Below, one piece after another: positions 16,161 through 31,100 of a DNA stretch of 64,000 bases. Every line of letters starts with the position of its first letter. Position 1 is the stretch's first letter. The DNA is from the human T2T-CHM13v2.0 reference genome, Homo sapiens. The stretch lies in assembly GCF_009914755.1 (NCBI RefSeq), contig NC_060948.1. One strand, given 5' to 3'. The notes below the pieces were generated by a model. It searched no databases, was not told the origin of the DNA, and was given only the letters and a program-made list of their open reading frames with translations. The position numbers and the translations under genes were made by a program.

Positions 16161-19100
16161 GAATGGTCTAGTATGCAATGCAATCGACTGGCAGGGAATT
16201 AAAAGGAATGTAATCGAATGGATTGCACTGGAATGCAATGGACTCGAATAGATTGGAAACAGAATGCAAAGGAATGGAATGGAATAGTATGGAATGGAAT
16301 GGAAAGGAATGGAGTGGAATAGACTAGAGTAGAATGGAATTTACTCGAAAGCAATGGACTGGAATAGAACTTTCTTGAATGGGCTGGAATCAAACGGAAT
16401 GGAATGCTGTGCAATCAAATAGAATGAAAGAGAATCAAATCCAATCGAATGGATTGGAAAGGAATTGACTGAAATGGAATGGACTAGAATGGAAGGCAAA
16501 GGAATGGAATCTATAGGAATGGACTGTAATGGAACGGAATGGAAGGGATTGGAATGGAATCGAATGGAATGGACTGCAATAGAAAGGATTCGAATGGAAT
16601 GAAAAAGAATTGAATGGAATAGAACAGAATGGAATCAAATCGAATGAAATGGAATGGAATAGAAAGGATTCGAATGGAATGCAATCGAACGGAATGGAAT
16701 CGAACGGAATGGAATAAAATGGAAGAAAACTGGCAAGAAATGGAATCGAAATGAATGGAGTGTTATGGATCGGACTCAAAAGGAATTGAATGTAATAGAA
16801 TGGAGTGGAGTTGACTCGAATATAATGGACTGGAATGGAATGAAATCACATGGAATGGGAACGAATGGAATGGAATGGAAAGGAATGGAATCGAATGGAA
16901 AGGAATCGAATGGAAGGGAATGCAATTGAATCAACAGGAATGGAAGGGAATAGAATAGACGGTAATGGAATGGACTCGAATAGAATGGACACGAATGCTC
17001 AAATTGAATGGACTCGAATGGAATGGAAACGAAAGGAATGTCATCGAATGGAATTGAATCGATTGGAATGAAATCGCATAGAATGGAGTGGAATCAAATG
17101 GAATTGAATCGAAAGGAAAGGAAGCGAATGGACTGAAATGGAATGGAATGGAATGGAAAGTAATGCAATGGAATAGAATGGAACGAAATTTCACGGAATG
17201 GAATCAAACTGAATGGAATCAAATCAATGGAATCTAATCAAATGGAATGGAAAGGAATTGAATGGAGTAGATGGGATTGGATGGGATTGGAATGAAATGT
17301 ACTGGAAAGGAATCGAATTCCATGAAACGGAATGGAATGAATTGGAAAGGAATGGACTCGAATGGAATGGAATGTCATGGAATGGCATCAAATGGAATGG
17401 CATCAAAGGGAATGGAATCGAATGCAATGGAATGCTATGGAATGGAATGGAATGCATTGGAATGGAATGTCCTCTAATGGAATGGATTCGAGTGGAATGG
17501 AATCGAATATAATGGAGTCGAATGAAATGGAATTGAAAGGAATGGGATCGAATACAATGGAATATACTGGAATATAACGTAATGAACTCGAATGTAATTG
17601 ACTGGAATGGAATGTACACGAATGGAATGTAATCGAATGGAAAGTAATCCAATGGAATAGAATCTAATGCAATAAAATCGACTCAAATGGAATAGAATGC
17701 AATGGAATGGAGTGCAGTGCAATGGAATGGAATGGAATGGAATGCAATGGAATGGAATGGAATGGAATGGAATGGAATGCAATGGGATGGAATGGTATGG
17801 AATGGATAGTAATGGACTGGAGTGAAATGGACTGGAAAGGAATGGACTCAAATTGAAAGGGCTCGAAAGGAATGGAGTCAAATGGAATGGTCTGGAATGG
17901 AATGAACACGAATGTAATGCAATCCAATTGAATGGAATCGAATGGCATGGAATATAAAGAAATGGAATCGAAGAGAATGGAAACAAATGGAATGGAATTG
18001 AATGGAATGGAATTGAATGGAATGGGAACGAATGGAGTGAAATTGTATGCAGTAGAAGAGAATAGAATGGAATGCAAGCGAAAGGAAAGGAATGGATTGG
18101 AATGGAATGGAATTCATTGGAATGGAAGGGAATGTAGTGTAATGGACAGGCCTGGAATAAAGTGGAATGCTACGGTCACGAATGCAATAAAAATGTATGG
18201 AATGGAATGCAATGAAACGGAATCGAATGTCAAAGAATGTAATGGAAAACAAAAAAATGGAATCCAAAATCATTGACTGGAAAGGCTGGGTGTCGAAAGG
18301 AATTGACTCCAATGGAATGTAATCGAATGGAATGGAAGTGAATAGAATCGAACTAAATCGAATGGAATGGAATTGATAGGAACGGAATGGAAAGGAATGC
18401 AATGATTTTGCATGGAATGGAATCGAATGACATCGAATGGAATGGAATGGAATGCAATGGAATGGAATGTATTAGAATGTAATGAACATTAATGGAAAGT
18501 ACTCGAATGGATTCGACTGGAATGGAATGTTCTGGAAGTGAATGGACTCCAATGGAATGGATTCGAAAGGAATGGAATCGAACGGAATGGAATCTAATGG
18601 AATGGAATTAAATGGAAATGAATCAAATTGAATAGCACGGAATTGAATTGAATGGAATCGAATGCAATGGAATCTAATGAAACGGAAAGGAAAGGAATGG
18701 AATGGAATGGAGTGGGCTGGAATGGAATGGAATCAAAACGAATGGAATGGAATCGAACTGAAGAGACTGGAATGGAATGCACTGGAATGGAAGGGAGTGT
18801 AATGGAAGGTTCTCGAAAAAAATGGAATCGAATGGAATGGAATTGAATGGAACGGAATAGAGTCGAATGGAATTGAATGGAATGGAATGGACTAGAGTGA
18901 AATGGAATCGAACCACAAGGAATGGACAGGAATGGAATGGTCTCGAATTGAATGGAATCGTATGGAATGGCATCAAACGGAATGGAATGGACAGCCACGG
19001 AATGGAATGCACTCGAATGCAATGGAGTCGAAACTAATGGACTGGAATAGAATGGACTCGACTGGTACGGACTCCAATGGAATGGAATCGAATGGAAGGG

Positions 19101-22100
19101 AATCGAACGGAATGGACTCGAAGGGAAAAGACTGCAATGGAAAGGTCTCGAATGGAATGGAAATTAATGGAATGGAATGGAATCGAATGAAATGGAGTCA
19201 AAAGGAATGGAATCGAATGGCAAGAAATCGAATGTAATGGAATCGCAAGGAATTGATGTGAACGGAACGGAATGGAATGGAATCCAAAGGAATGGAATCG
19301 AATGGAAAGGACTCGAATGGAAACCACTCGAATAGAATGCAATTTAATAAAATAGGATCAAATGTAATGGAATGGAATGGAAAGGAATCGAAACGAAAGG
19401 AATGGAGACAGATGGAATGGAATGGAACAGAGAGCAATGGTATAGAATGGAATGGAATCATCTGGAATGGAATTGAATGGAATGGAATAATATGAAATGG
19501 AATGGAATGGAATGGAATGCCCTTGAATTAAATGGACTGGAATGGAATAGACTCGAACAGAGTAGAATGGAAAGTGTTGAAATAGAATGGAATGGACTCC
19601 TTTGGAATGGTGTAGCATGCAATGCAATCGACTGGCAGGGAATCAAAAGGAATGTAATGGAATGGATTGGACTGGAATGCAATGGACTCGAATAGATTGG
19701 AAACGGAATGCAAAGGAATGGAATGGAATAGTATGGAATGGAATGGAAAGGAATGGAGTGGAATAGACTAGAGTGGAATGGAATGGACTGGAAAGCAATG
19801 GACTGGAATGGAACTTTCTTGAATGGACTGGAATCAAACGGAATGGAATGCAATGCAATCAAATGTCATGGAATAAAATAGAATGAAAGAGAATCAAATG
19901 GAATTGAATCGAATGGAATCGAATGGATTGGAAAGGAATAGAATGGAATGGAATGGAATTGACTCAAATGGAATGGACTAGAATGGAATGGATTCGAATG
20001 GAAGGCAAAGGAATGGAATCTATTGGAATGGACTGTAATGGAATGGAATGGAAGGGATTGGAATGGAATCGAATGGAATGGACTGCAATAGAAAGGAATC
20101 GAATGGAATGAAAAAGAATTGAATGGAATAGAACAGAATGGAATCAAATCGAATGAAATAGAATGGAATAGAAAGGAATGGAATGAAATGGAATGGAAAG
20201 GATTCGAATGGAATGCAATCGAATGGAATGAAATCGAACGGAATGGAATCGAACAGAATGGAATAAAATGGAAGAGAACTGGCAAGAAATGGAATCGAAA
20301 TGAATGGAGTGTTATGGAACGGACTCAAAAGGAATTGAATGTAATAGAATGGAGTGGAGTGGACTCGAATATAATGGACTGGAATGGAATGAAATCACAT
20401 GGAATGGGAACGAATGGAATGGAATGGAAAGGAATGGAATCGAATGGAAAGGAATCGAATGGAAGGGAATGAAATTGAATCAACAGGAATGGAAGGGAGT
20501 AGAGTAGACGGTAATGGAATGGACTCGAATAGAATGGACACGAATGCTCAAATTGAATGGACTCGAATGGAATGGAAACGAAAGGAATGTCATCGAATGG
20601 AATTGAATCGATTGGAATGAAATCGCATAGAATGGAGTGGAATCAAATGGAATTGAATCGAAAGGAAAGGAAGCGAATGGACTGAAATGAAATGGAATGG
20701 AATTGAATGGAAAGTAATGCAATGGAATAGAATGGAACGAAATTTCACGGAATGGAATCAAACTGAATGGAATCAAATCAATGGAATATAATCAAATGGA
20801 ATGGAAAGGAATTGAATGAAGTAGATTGGATTGGATGGGATTGGAATGAAATGGAATGGAAAGGACTCGAATTTCATGAAACGGAATGGAATGAATTGGA
20901 ACGGAATGGACTCGAATGGAATGGAATGTCATGGAATGGCATCAAACGGAATGGCATCAAATGGGATGGAATCGAATGCAATGGAATGCTATGGAATGGA
21001 ATGGAATGCATTGGAATGGAATGTCCTCTAATGGAATGGATTCTAGTGGAATGGAATCGAATATAATGGAGTCGAATGAAATGGAATTGAAAGGAATGGG
21101 ATCGAATACAATGGAATAAACTGGAATGTAATGTAAAGAACTCGAATGTAATTGACTGGAATGGAATGCACATGAATGGAATGTAATCGAATTTAAAGTA
21201 ATCCAATGGAATAGAATCTAATGCCATAAAATCGGCTCAGATAGGGTAGAATGTAATGGAATGGAGGGCAGTGCAATGGAATGGAACGGAATGGAATGCA
21301 ATGGAATGGAATGGAATGGAATGGAATGGAATGGAATGGAATGGGATGGAATGGTATGGAATGGATAGTAATGGACTGGAGTGAAATGGACTGGAAAGGA
21401 ATGGACTCAAATTGAAAGAGCTCGAAAGGAATGGAGTCAAATGGAATGGTCTGGAATGGAATGAACACGAATGTAATGCAATCCAATAGAATGGAATCGA
21501 ATGGCATGGAATATAAAGAAATGGAATCGAAGAGAATGGAAACAAATGGAATGGAATAGAATGGAATGGAATTGAATGGAATGGGAACGAACGGAGTGAA
21601 ATTGTATGCAGTAGAAGAGAATAGAATGGAATGCAAGCGAAAGGAAAGGAATGGATTGGAATGGAATGGAATTCATTGGAATGGAAGGGAATGTAGTGTA
21701 ATGGACAGGCCTGGAATAAAGTGGAATGCTACGGTCTCGAATGGAATAAAAATGTATGGAATGGAATGCAATGAAACGGAATCGAATGTCATAGAATGTA
21801 ATGGAATGCAAAAAAATGGACTCCAAATCATTGACTGGAAAGGCTGGGTGTCGAAAGGAAATGACTCCAATGGAATGGAATCGAATGGAATGGAAGTGAA
21901 TAGAATCGAACTAAATCGAATGGAATGGAATTGATAGGAACGGAATGGAAAGGAATGCAATGATTTGGCATGGAATGGAATCAAATGACATCGAATGGAA
22001 TGGAATGGAATGCAATGGAATGGAATGTACTAGAATGTAATGAACTTTAATGGAATGTACTCGAATGCATTCGACTGGAATGGAATGTTCTGGAAGTGAA

Positions 22101-25100
22101 TGGACTCCAATGGAATGGATTCGAAAGGAATGGAATCTAATGGAATGGAATTAAATGGAAATGAATCAAATTGAATAGCACGGAATTGAATTGAATGGAA
22201 TCGAATGCAATGGAATCTAATGAAACGGAAAGGAAAGGAATGGAATGGAATGGAATGGGCTGGAATGGAATGGAATCGAAACGAATGGAATGGAATCGAA
22301 CTGAAGAGACTGGAATGGAATGCACTGGAATGGAAGGGAGTGTAATGGAAGGTTCTCGAAAAAAATGGAATCGAATGGAATGGAATTGAATGGAACGGAA
22401 TACAGTCGAATGGAATTCAACGGAATGGAACGGACTAGAGTGAAATGGAATCGAACCACAAGGAATGGACAGAAATAGAATGGTCTCGAATTGAATGGAA
22501 TCGTATGGAATGGCATCAAACGGAATGGAATGGACAGTCACGGAATGGAATGCACTCGAATGCAATGGAGTCGAAACTAATGGACTGGAATAGAATGGAC
22601 TCGACTGGTACGGACTCCAATGGAATGGAATCCAACGGAAGGGAATCGAACGGAATGGACTCGAAGGGAAAAGACTGCAATGGAAAGGTCTCGAATGGAA
22701 TGGAAATTAATGGAATGGAATGGAATCGAATGAAATGCAGTCAAAAGGAATGGAATCGAATGGCAAGAAATCGAATGTAATGGAATCGCAAGGAATTGAT
22801 GGGAACGGAACTGAATGGAATGGAATCCAAAGGAATGGAATAGAATGGAATGGAATCGAATGGAAAGGACTCGAATGGAAATCACTCGAATAGAATACAA
22901 TTTAATAAAATAGGATCAAATGTAATGGAATGGAATGGAAAGGAATCGAAACGAAAGGAATGGAGACAGATGGAATGGAATGGAACAGAGAGCAATGGTA
23001 TAGAATGGAATGGAATCATCTGGAATGGAATTGAATGGAATGGAATAATATGAAATGGAATGGAGTGGAATGGAATGCCCTTGAATTAAATGGACTGGAA
23101 TGGAATGGACTCGAACAGAGTGGAATGGAAAGTGTTGAAATAGAATGGAATGGACTCGTTTGGAATGGTCTAGTATGCAATGCAATCGACAGGCAGGGAA
23201 TCAAAAGGAATGTAATCGAATGGATTGGACTGGAATGCAATGGACTCGAATAGATTGGAAACGGAATGCAAAGGAATGGAATGGAATAGTATGGAATGGA
23301 ATGGAAAGGAATGGAGTGGAATAGACTAGAGTGGAATGGAATGGACTGGAAAGCAATGGACTGGAATGGAACTTTCTTGATTGGACTGGAATCAAACGGA
23401 ATGGAATGCAATGCAATCAAATGGCTTGGAATAAAATAGAATGAAAGAGAATCAAATGGAATTGAATCGAATGGAATCGAATGGATTGGAAAGGAAGAGA
23501 ATGGAATGGAATGGAATTGACTCAAATGGAATGGACTAGAATGGAATGGATTCGAATGGAAGGCAAAGGAATGGAATCTATTGGAATGGACTGTAATGGA
23601 ATGGAATGGAAGGGATTGGAATGGACTCGAATGGAATGGACTGCAATAGAAAGGATTCGAATGGAATGAAAAAGAATTGAATGGAATAGAACAGAATGGA
23701 ATCAAATCGAATGAAATGGAATGGAATAGAAAGGAATGGAATGAAATGGAATGGAAAGGATTCGAACGGAATGCAATCGAATGGAATGCAATCGAATGGA
23801 ATGGAATCGAACGGAATGGAATAAAATGGAAGAAAACTGGCAAGAAATGGAATCGAAATGAATGGAGTGTTATGCAACGGACTCAAAAGGAATTGAATGT
23901 AATAGAATGGAGTGGAGTGGACTCGAATATAATGGACTGGAATGGAATGAAATCATATGGAATGGGAACGAATGGAATGGAATGGAAAGGAATGGAATCG
24001 AATGGAAAGGAATCGAATGGAAGGGAATGAAATTGAATCAACAGGAATGGAAGGGAATAGAATAGACGGTAATGGAATGGACTCAAATAGAATGGACACG
24101 AATACTCAAATTGAATGGACTCGAGTGGAATGGAAACGAAAGGAATGTCGTCGAATGGAATTGAATCGATTGGAATGAAATCGCATAGAATGGAGTGGAA
24201 TCAAATGGAATTGAATCGAAAGGAAAGGAAGCGAATGGACTGAAATGAAATGGAATGGAATTGAATGGAAAGTAATGCAATGGAATAGAATGGAACGAAA
24301 TTTCACGGAATGGAATCAAACTGAATGGAATCAAATCAATGGAATATAATCAAATGGAATGGAAAGGAATTGAATGGAGTAGATGGGATTGGATGGGATT
24401 GGAATGAAATGTACTGGAAAGGACTCGAATTTCATGAAACGGAATGGAATGAATTGGAACGGAATGGACTCGAATGGAATGGAATGTCATGGAATGGCAT
24501 CAAATGGAATGGCATCAAATGGAATGGAATCGAATGCAATGGAATGCTATGGAATGGAATGGAATGCATTGGAATGGACTGTCCTCTAATGGAATGGATT
24601 CGAGTGGAATGGAATCGAACATAATGGAGTCGAATGAAATGGAATTGAAAGGAATGGGATCGAATAGAATGGAATATACTGGAATGTAACGTAATGAACT
24701 CGAATGTAATTGACTGGAATGGAATGTACATGAATGGAATGTAATCGAATGGAAAGTAATCCAATGGAATAGAATCTAATGCAATAAAATCGACTCAAAT
24801 AGAATAGAATGTAATGGAATGGAGTGCAGTGCAATGGAATGGAATGGAATGGAATGCAATGGAATGGAATGTAATGGAATGGAATGGAATGGGATGGAAT
24901 GGTATGGAATGGATAGTAATGGACTGGAGTGAAATGGACTGGAAAGGAATGGACTCAAATTGAAAGGGCTCGAAAGGAATGGAGTCAAATGGAATGGTCT
25001 GGAATGGAATGAACACGAATGTAATGCAATCCAATAGAATGGAATCGAATGGCATGGAATATAAAGAAATGGAATCGAAGAGAATGGAAACAAATGGAAT

Positions 25101-28100
25101 GGAATTGAATGGAATGGAATTGAATGGAATGGGAACGAATGGAGTGAAATTGTGTGCAGTAGAAGAGAATAGAATGGAATGCAAGCGAAAGGAAAGGAAT
25201 GGATTGGAATGGAATGGAATTCATTGGAATGGAAGGGAATGTAGTGTAATGGACAGGCCTGGAATAAAGTGGAATGCTACGGTCTCGAATGGAATAAAAA
25301 GATATGGAATGGAATGCAATGAAACGGAATCGAATGTCATAGAATGTAATGGAATGCAAAAAAATGGACTCCAAAGTCATTGACTGGAAAGGCTGGGTGT
25401 CGAAAGGAATTGACTCCAATGGAATGGAATCGAATGGAATGGAAGTGAATAGAATCGAACTAAATCGAATGGAATGGAATTGATAGGAACGGAATGGAAA
25501 GGAATGCAATGATTTGGCATGGAATGGAATCGAATGGCATCGAATGGAATGGAATGGAATGCAATGGAATGGAATGTATTAGAATGTAATGAACTTTAAT
25601 GGAATGTACTCGAATGGATTCGAATGGAATGGAATGTTCTGGAAGTGAATGGACTCCAATGGAATGGATTCGAAAGGAATGGAATCGAACGGAATGGAAT
25701 CTAATGGACTGGAATTAAATGGAAATAAATCAAATTGAATAGCACGGAATTGAATTGAATGGAATCGAATGCAATGGAATCTCATGAAACGGAAAGGAAA
25801 GGAATGGAATGGAATGGAATGGGCTGGAATGGAATGGAATCGAAACGAATGGAATGGAATCGAACTGAAGAGACTGGAATGGAATGCACTGGATTGGAAG
25901 GGAGTGTAATGGAAGGTTCTCGAAAAAAATGGAATCGAATGGAATGGAATTGAATGGAACGGAATAGAGTCGAATGGAATTGAATGGAATGGAATGGACT
26001 AGAGTGAAATGGAATCGAACCACAAGGAATGGACAGGAATAGAATGGTCTCGAATTGAATGGAATCGTATGGAATGGCATCAAACGGAATGGAATGGACA
26101 GCCACGGAATGGAATGCACTCGAATGCAATGGAGTCGAAACTAATGGAATGGAATAGAATGGACTCGACTGGTACGGACTCCAATGGAATGGAATCGAAT
26201 GGAATGGAATCGAACGGAATGGACTCGAAGGGAAAAGACTGCAATGGAAAGGTCTCCAATGGAATGGAAATTAATGGAATGGAATGGAATCGAATGAAAT
26301 GGAGTCAAAAGGAATGGAATCGAATGGCAAGAAATCGAATGTAATGGGATCGCAAGGAATTGATGTGAACGGAACGGAATGGAATGCAATCCAAAGGAAT
26401 GGAATAGAATGGAATGGAATCGAATGGAAAGGACTCGAATGGAAATCACTCGAATAGAATGCAATTTAATAAAATAGGATCAAATGTAATGGAATGGAAT
26501 GGAAAGGAATCGAAACGAAAGGAATGGAGACAGATGGAATGGAATGGAACAGAGAGCAATGGTATAGAATGGAATGGAATCATCTGGAATGGAATTGAAT
26601 GGAATGGAATAACATGAAATGGAATGGAATGGAATGGAATGCCCTTGAATTAAATGGACTGGAATGGAATGGACTCGAACAGAGTGGAATGGAAAGTGTT
26701 GAAATAGAATGGAATGGACTCCTTTGGAATGGTCTAGTATGCAATGCAATCGACTGGCAGGGAATCAAAAGGAATGTAATCGAATGGATTGGACTGGAAT
26801 GCAATGGACTCGAATAGATTGGAAACGGAATGCAAAGGAATGGAATGGAATAGTATGGAATGGAATGGAAAGGAATGGAGTGGAATAGACTAGAGTGGAA
26901 TGGAATGGACTCGAAAGCAATGGACTGGAATGGAACTTTCTTGAATGGACAGGAATCAAACGGAATGGAATGCAATGCAATCAAATGTCATGGAATAAAA
27001 TAGAATGAAAGAGAATCAAATGGAATTGAATCGAATGGAATCGAATGGATTGGAAAGGAATAGAATGGAATGGAATGGAATTGACTCAAATGGAATGGAC
27101 TAGAATGGAATGGATTCGAATGGAAGGCAAAGGAATGGAATCTATTGGAATGGACTGTAATGGAATGGAATGGAAGGGATTGGAATGGACTCGAATGGAA
27201 TGGACTGCAATAGAAAGGATTCGAATGGAATGAAAAAGAATTGAATGGAATAGAACAGAATGGAATCAAATCGAATGAAATGGAATGGAATAGAAAGGAA
27301 TGGAATGAAATGGAATGGAAAGGATTCGAATGGAATGCAATCGAATGGAATGCAATCAAATGGAATGGAAACGAAAGGAATGGAATAAAATGGAAGAAAA
27401 CTGGCAAGAAATGGAATCGAAATAAATGGAGTTTTATGGAACGGACTCAAAAGGAATTGAATGTAATAGAATGGAGTGGAGTGGACTCGAATATAATGGA
27501 CTGGAATGGAATGAAATCACATGGAATGGGAACGAATGGAATGGAAATGAAAGGAATGGAATCGAATGGAAAGGAATCGAATGGAAGGGAATGAAATTGA
27601 ATCAACAGGAATGGAAGGGAATAGAATAGACGGTAATGGAATGGACTCGAATAGAATGGACACGAATGCTCATATTGAATGGACTCGAGTGGAATGGAAA
27701 CGAAAGGAATGTCATCGGATGGAATTGAATCGATTGGAATGAAATCGCATAGGATGGAGTGGAATCAAATGGAATTGAATCGAAAGGAAAGGAAGCGAAT
27801 GGACTGAAATGAAATGGAATGGAATTGAATGGAAAGTAATGCAATGGAATAGAATGGAACGAAATTTCACGGAATGGAATCAAACTGAATGGAATCAAAT
27901 CAATGGAATCTAATCAAATGGAATGGAAAGGAATTGAATGGAGTAGATGGGATTAGATGGGATTGGAATGAAATGTACTGGAAAGGACTCGAATTTCATG
28001 AAACGGAATGGAATGAATTGGAACACAATGGACTCGAATGGAATGGAATGTCATGGAATGGCATCAAATGGAATGGCATCAAATGGAATGGAATCGAATG

Positions 28101-31100
28101 CAATGGAATGCTATGGAATGGAATGGAATGCATTGGAATGGAATGTCCTCTAATGGAATGGATTCGAGTGGAATGGAATCGAACATAATGGAGTCGAATG
28201 AAATGGAATTGAAAGGAATGGGATCGAATACAATGGAATATACTGGAATGTAACGTAATGAACTCGAATGTAATTGACTGGAATGGAATGTACATGAATG
28301 GAATGTAATCGAATGGAAAGTAATCCAATGGAATAGAATCTAATGCAATAAAATCGACTCAAATAGAATAAAATGTAATGGAATGGAGTGCACTGCAATG
28401 GAATGGAATGGAATGAAATGCAATGGAATGGAATGTAATGGAATGGAATGGAATGGGATGGAATGGTATGGAATGGATAGTAATGGACTGGAGTGAAATG
28501 GACTGGAAAGGAATGGACTCAAATTGAAAGGGCTCGAAAGGAATGGAGTCAAATGGAATGGTCTGGAATGGAATGAACACGAATGTAATGCAATCCAATA
28601 GAATGGAATCGAATGGCATGGAATATAAAGAAATGGAATCGAAGAGAATGGAAACAAATGGAATGGAATTGAGTGGAATGGAATTGAATGGAATGGGAAC
28701 GAATGGAGTGAAATTGTATGCAGTAGAAGAGAATAGAATGGAATGCAAGCGAAAGGAAAGGAATGGATTGGAATGGAATGGAATTCATTGGAATGGAAGG
28801 GAATGTAGTGTAATGGACAGGCCTGGAATAAAGTGGAATGCTACGGTCTCGAATGGAATAAAAATGTATGGAATGGAATGCAATGAAACGGAATCGAATG
28901 TCATAGAATGTAAGGGAATGCAAAAAAATGGACTCCAAAGTCATTCACTGGAAAGGCTGGGTGTCGAAAGGAATTGACTCCAATGGAATGGAATCGAATG
29001 GAATGGAAGTGAATAGAATCGAACTAAATCGAATGGAATGGAATTGATAGGAACGGAATGGAAAGGAATGCAATGATTTGGCATGGAATGGAATCGAATG
29101 GCATCGAATGGAATGGAATGGAATGCAATGGAATGGAATGTATTAGAATGTAATGAACTTTAATGGAATGTACTCGAATGGATTCGACTGGAATGGAATG
29201 TTCTGGAAGTGAATGGACTCCAAAGGAATGGATTCGAAAGGAATGGAATCGAACGGAATGCAATCTAATGGACTGGAATTAAATGGAAATGAATCAAATT
29301 GAATAGCAAGGAATTGAATTGAATGGAATCGAATGCAATGGAATCTAATGAAACGGAAAGGAAAGGAATGGAATGGAATGGAATGGGCTGGAATGGAATG
29401 GAATCGAAACGAATGGAATGGAATCGAACTGAAGAGACTGGAATGGAATACACTGGAATGGAAGGGAGTGTAATGGAAGGTTCTCGAAAAAAATGGAATC
29501 GAATGGAATGGAATTGAATGGAACGGAATAGAGTCGAATGGAATTCAATGGAATGGAATGGACTAGAGTGAAATGGAATCGAACCACAAGGAATGGACAG
29601 GAATAGAACGGTATCGAATTGAATGGAATCGTATGGAATGGCATCAAACGGAATGGAATGGACAGCCACGGAATGGAATGCACTCGAATGCAATGGAGTC
29701 GAAACTAATGGACTGGAATAGAATGGACTCGACTGGTACGGACTCCAATGGAAAGGAATCGAATGGAAGGGAATCGAATGGAATGGACTCGAAGGGAAAA
29801 GACTGCAATGGAAAGGTCTCGAATGGAATGGAAATTAATGGAATGGAATGGAATCGAATGAAATGGAGTCAAAAGGAATGGAATCGAATGGCAAGAAATC
29901 GAATGTAATGGAATCGTAAGGAATTGATGTGAACGGAACGGAATGGGATGGAATCCAAAGGAATGGAATAGAATGGAATGGAATTGAAAGGAAAGGACTC
30001 GAATGGAAATCACTCGAATAGAATGAAATTTAATAAAATAGGATCAAATGTAATGGAATGGAATGGAAAGGAATCGAAACGAAAGGAATGGAGACAGATG
30101 GAATGGAATGGAACAGAGAGCAATGGTATAGAATGGAATGGAATCATCTGGAATGGAATTGAATGGAATGGAATAACATGAAATGGAATGGAATGGAATG
30201 GAATGCCTTAGAATTAAATGGACTGGAATGGAATGGACTCGAACAGAGTGGAATGGAAAGTGTTGAAATAGAATGGAATGGACTCCTTTGGAATGGTCTA
30301 GTATGCAATGCAATCGACTGTCAGGGAATCAAAAGGAATGTAATCGAATGGATTGGACTGGAATGCAATGGACTCGAATAGATTGGAAACGGAATGCAAA
30401 GGAATGGAATGGAATAGTATGGAATGGAATGGAAAGGAATGGAGTGGAATAGACTAGAGTGGAATGGAATGGACTCGAAAGCAATGGACTGGAATGGAAG
30501 TTTCTTGAATAGACTGGAATCAAACGGAATGGAATGCAATGCAATCAAATGTCATGGAATAAAATAGAATGAAAGAGAATCAAATGGAATTGAATCGAAT
30601 GGAATCGAATGGATTGGAAAGGAATAGAATGGAATGGAATGGAATTGACTCAAATGGAATGGACTAGAATGGAATGGATTCGAATGGAAGGCAAAGGAAT
30701 GGAATCTATTGGAATGGACTGTAATGGAATGGAATGGAAGGGATTGGAATGGACTCGAATGGAATGGACTGCAATAGAAAGGATTCGAATGGAATGAAAA
30801 AGAATTGAATGGAATAGAACAGAATGGTATCAAATCGAATGAAATGGAATGGAATAGAAAGGAATGCAATGAAATGGAATGGAAAGGATTCGAATGGAAT
30901 GCAATCGAATGGAATGCAATCTAATGGAATGGAATCGAACGGAATGGAATAAAATGGAAGAAAACTGGCAAGAAATGGAATCGAAATGAATGGAGTGTTA
31001 TGGAACGGACTCAAAAGGAATTGAATGCAATAGAATGGAGTGGAGTGGACACGAATATAATGGACTGGAATGGAATGAAATCACATGGAATGGGAACGAA

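Noticed and set aside
17230-17240. gaatctaatca as a near match to the DUX4 motif TAATCTAATCA
   Set aside because: It mismatches the first TAAT core, is present in only four units, and is expected by chance in a GAAT-rich repeat.
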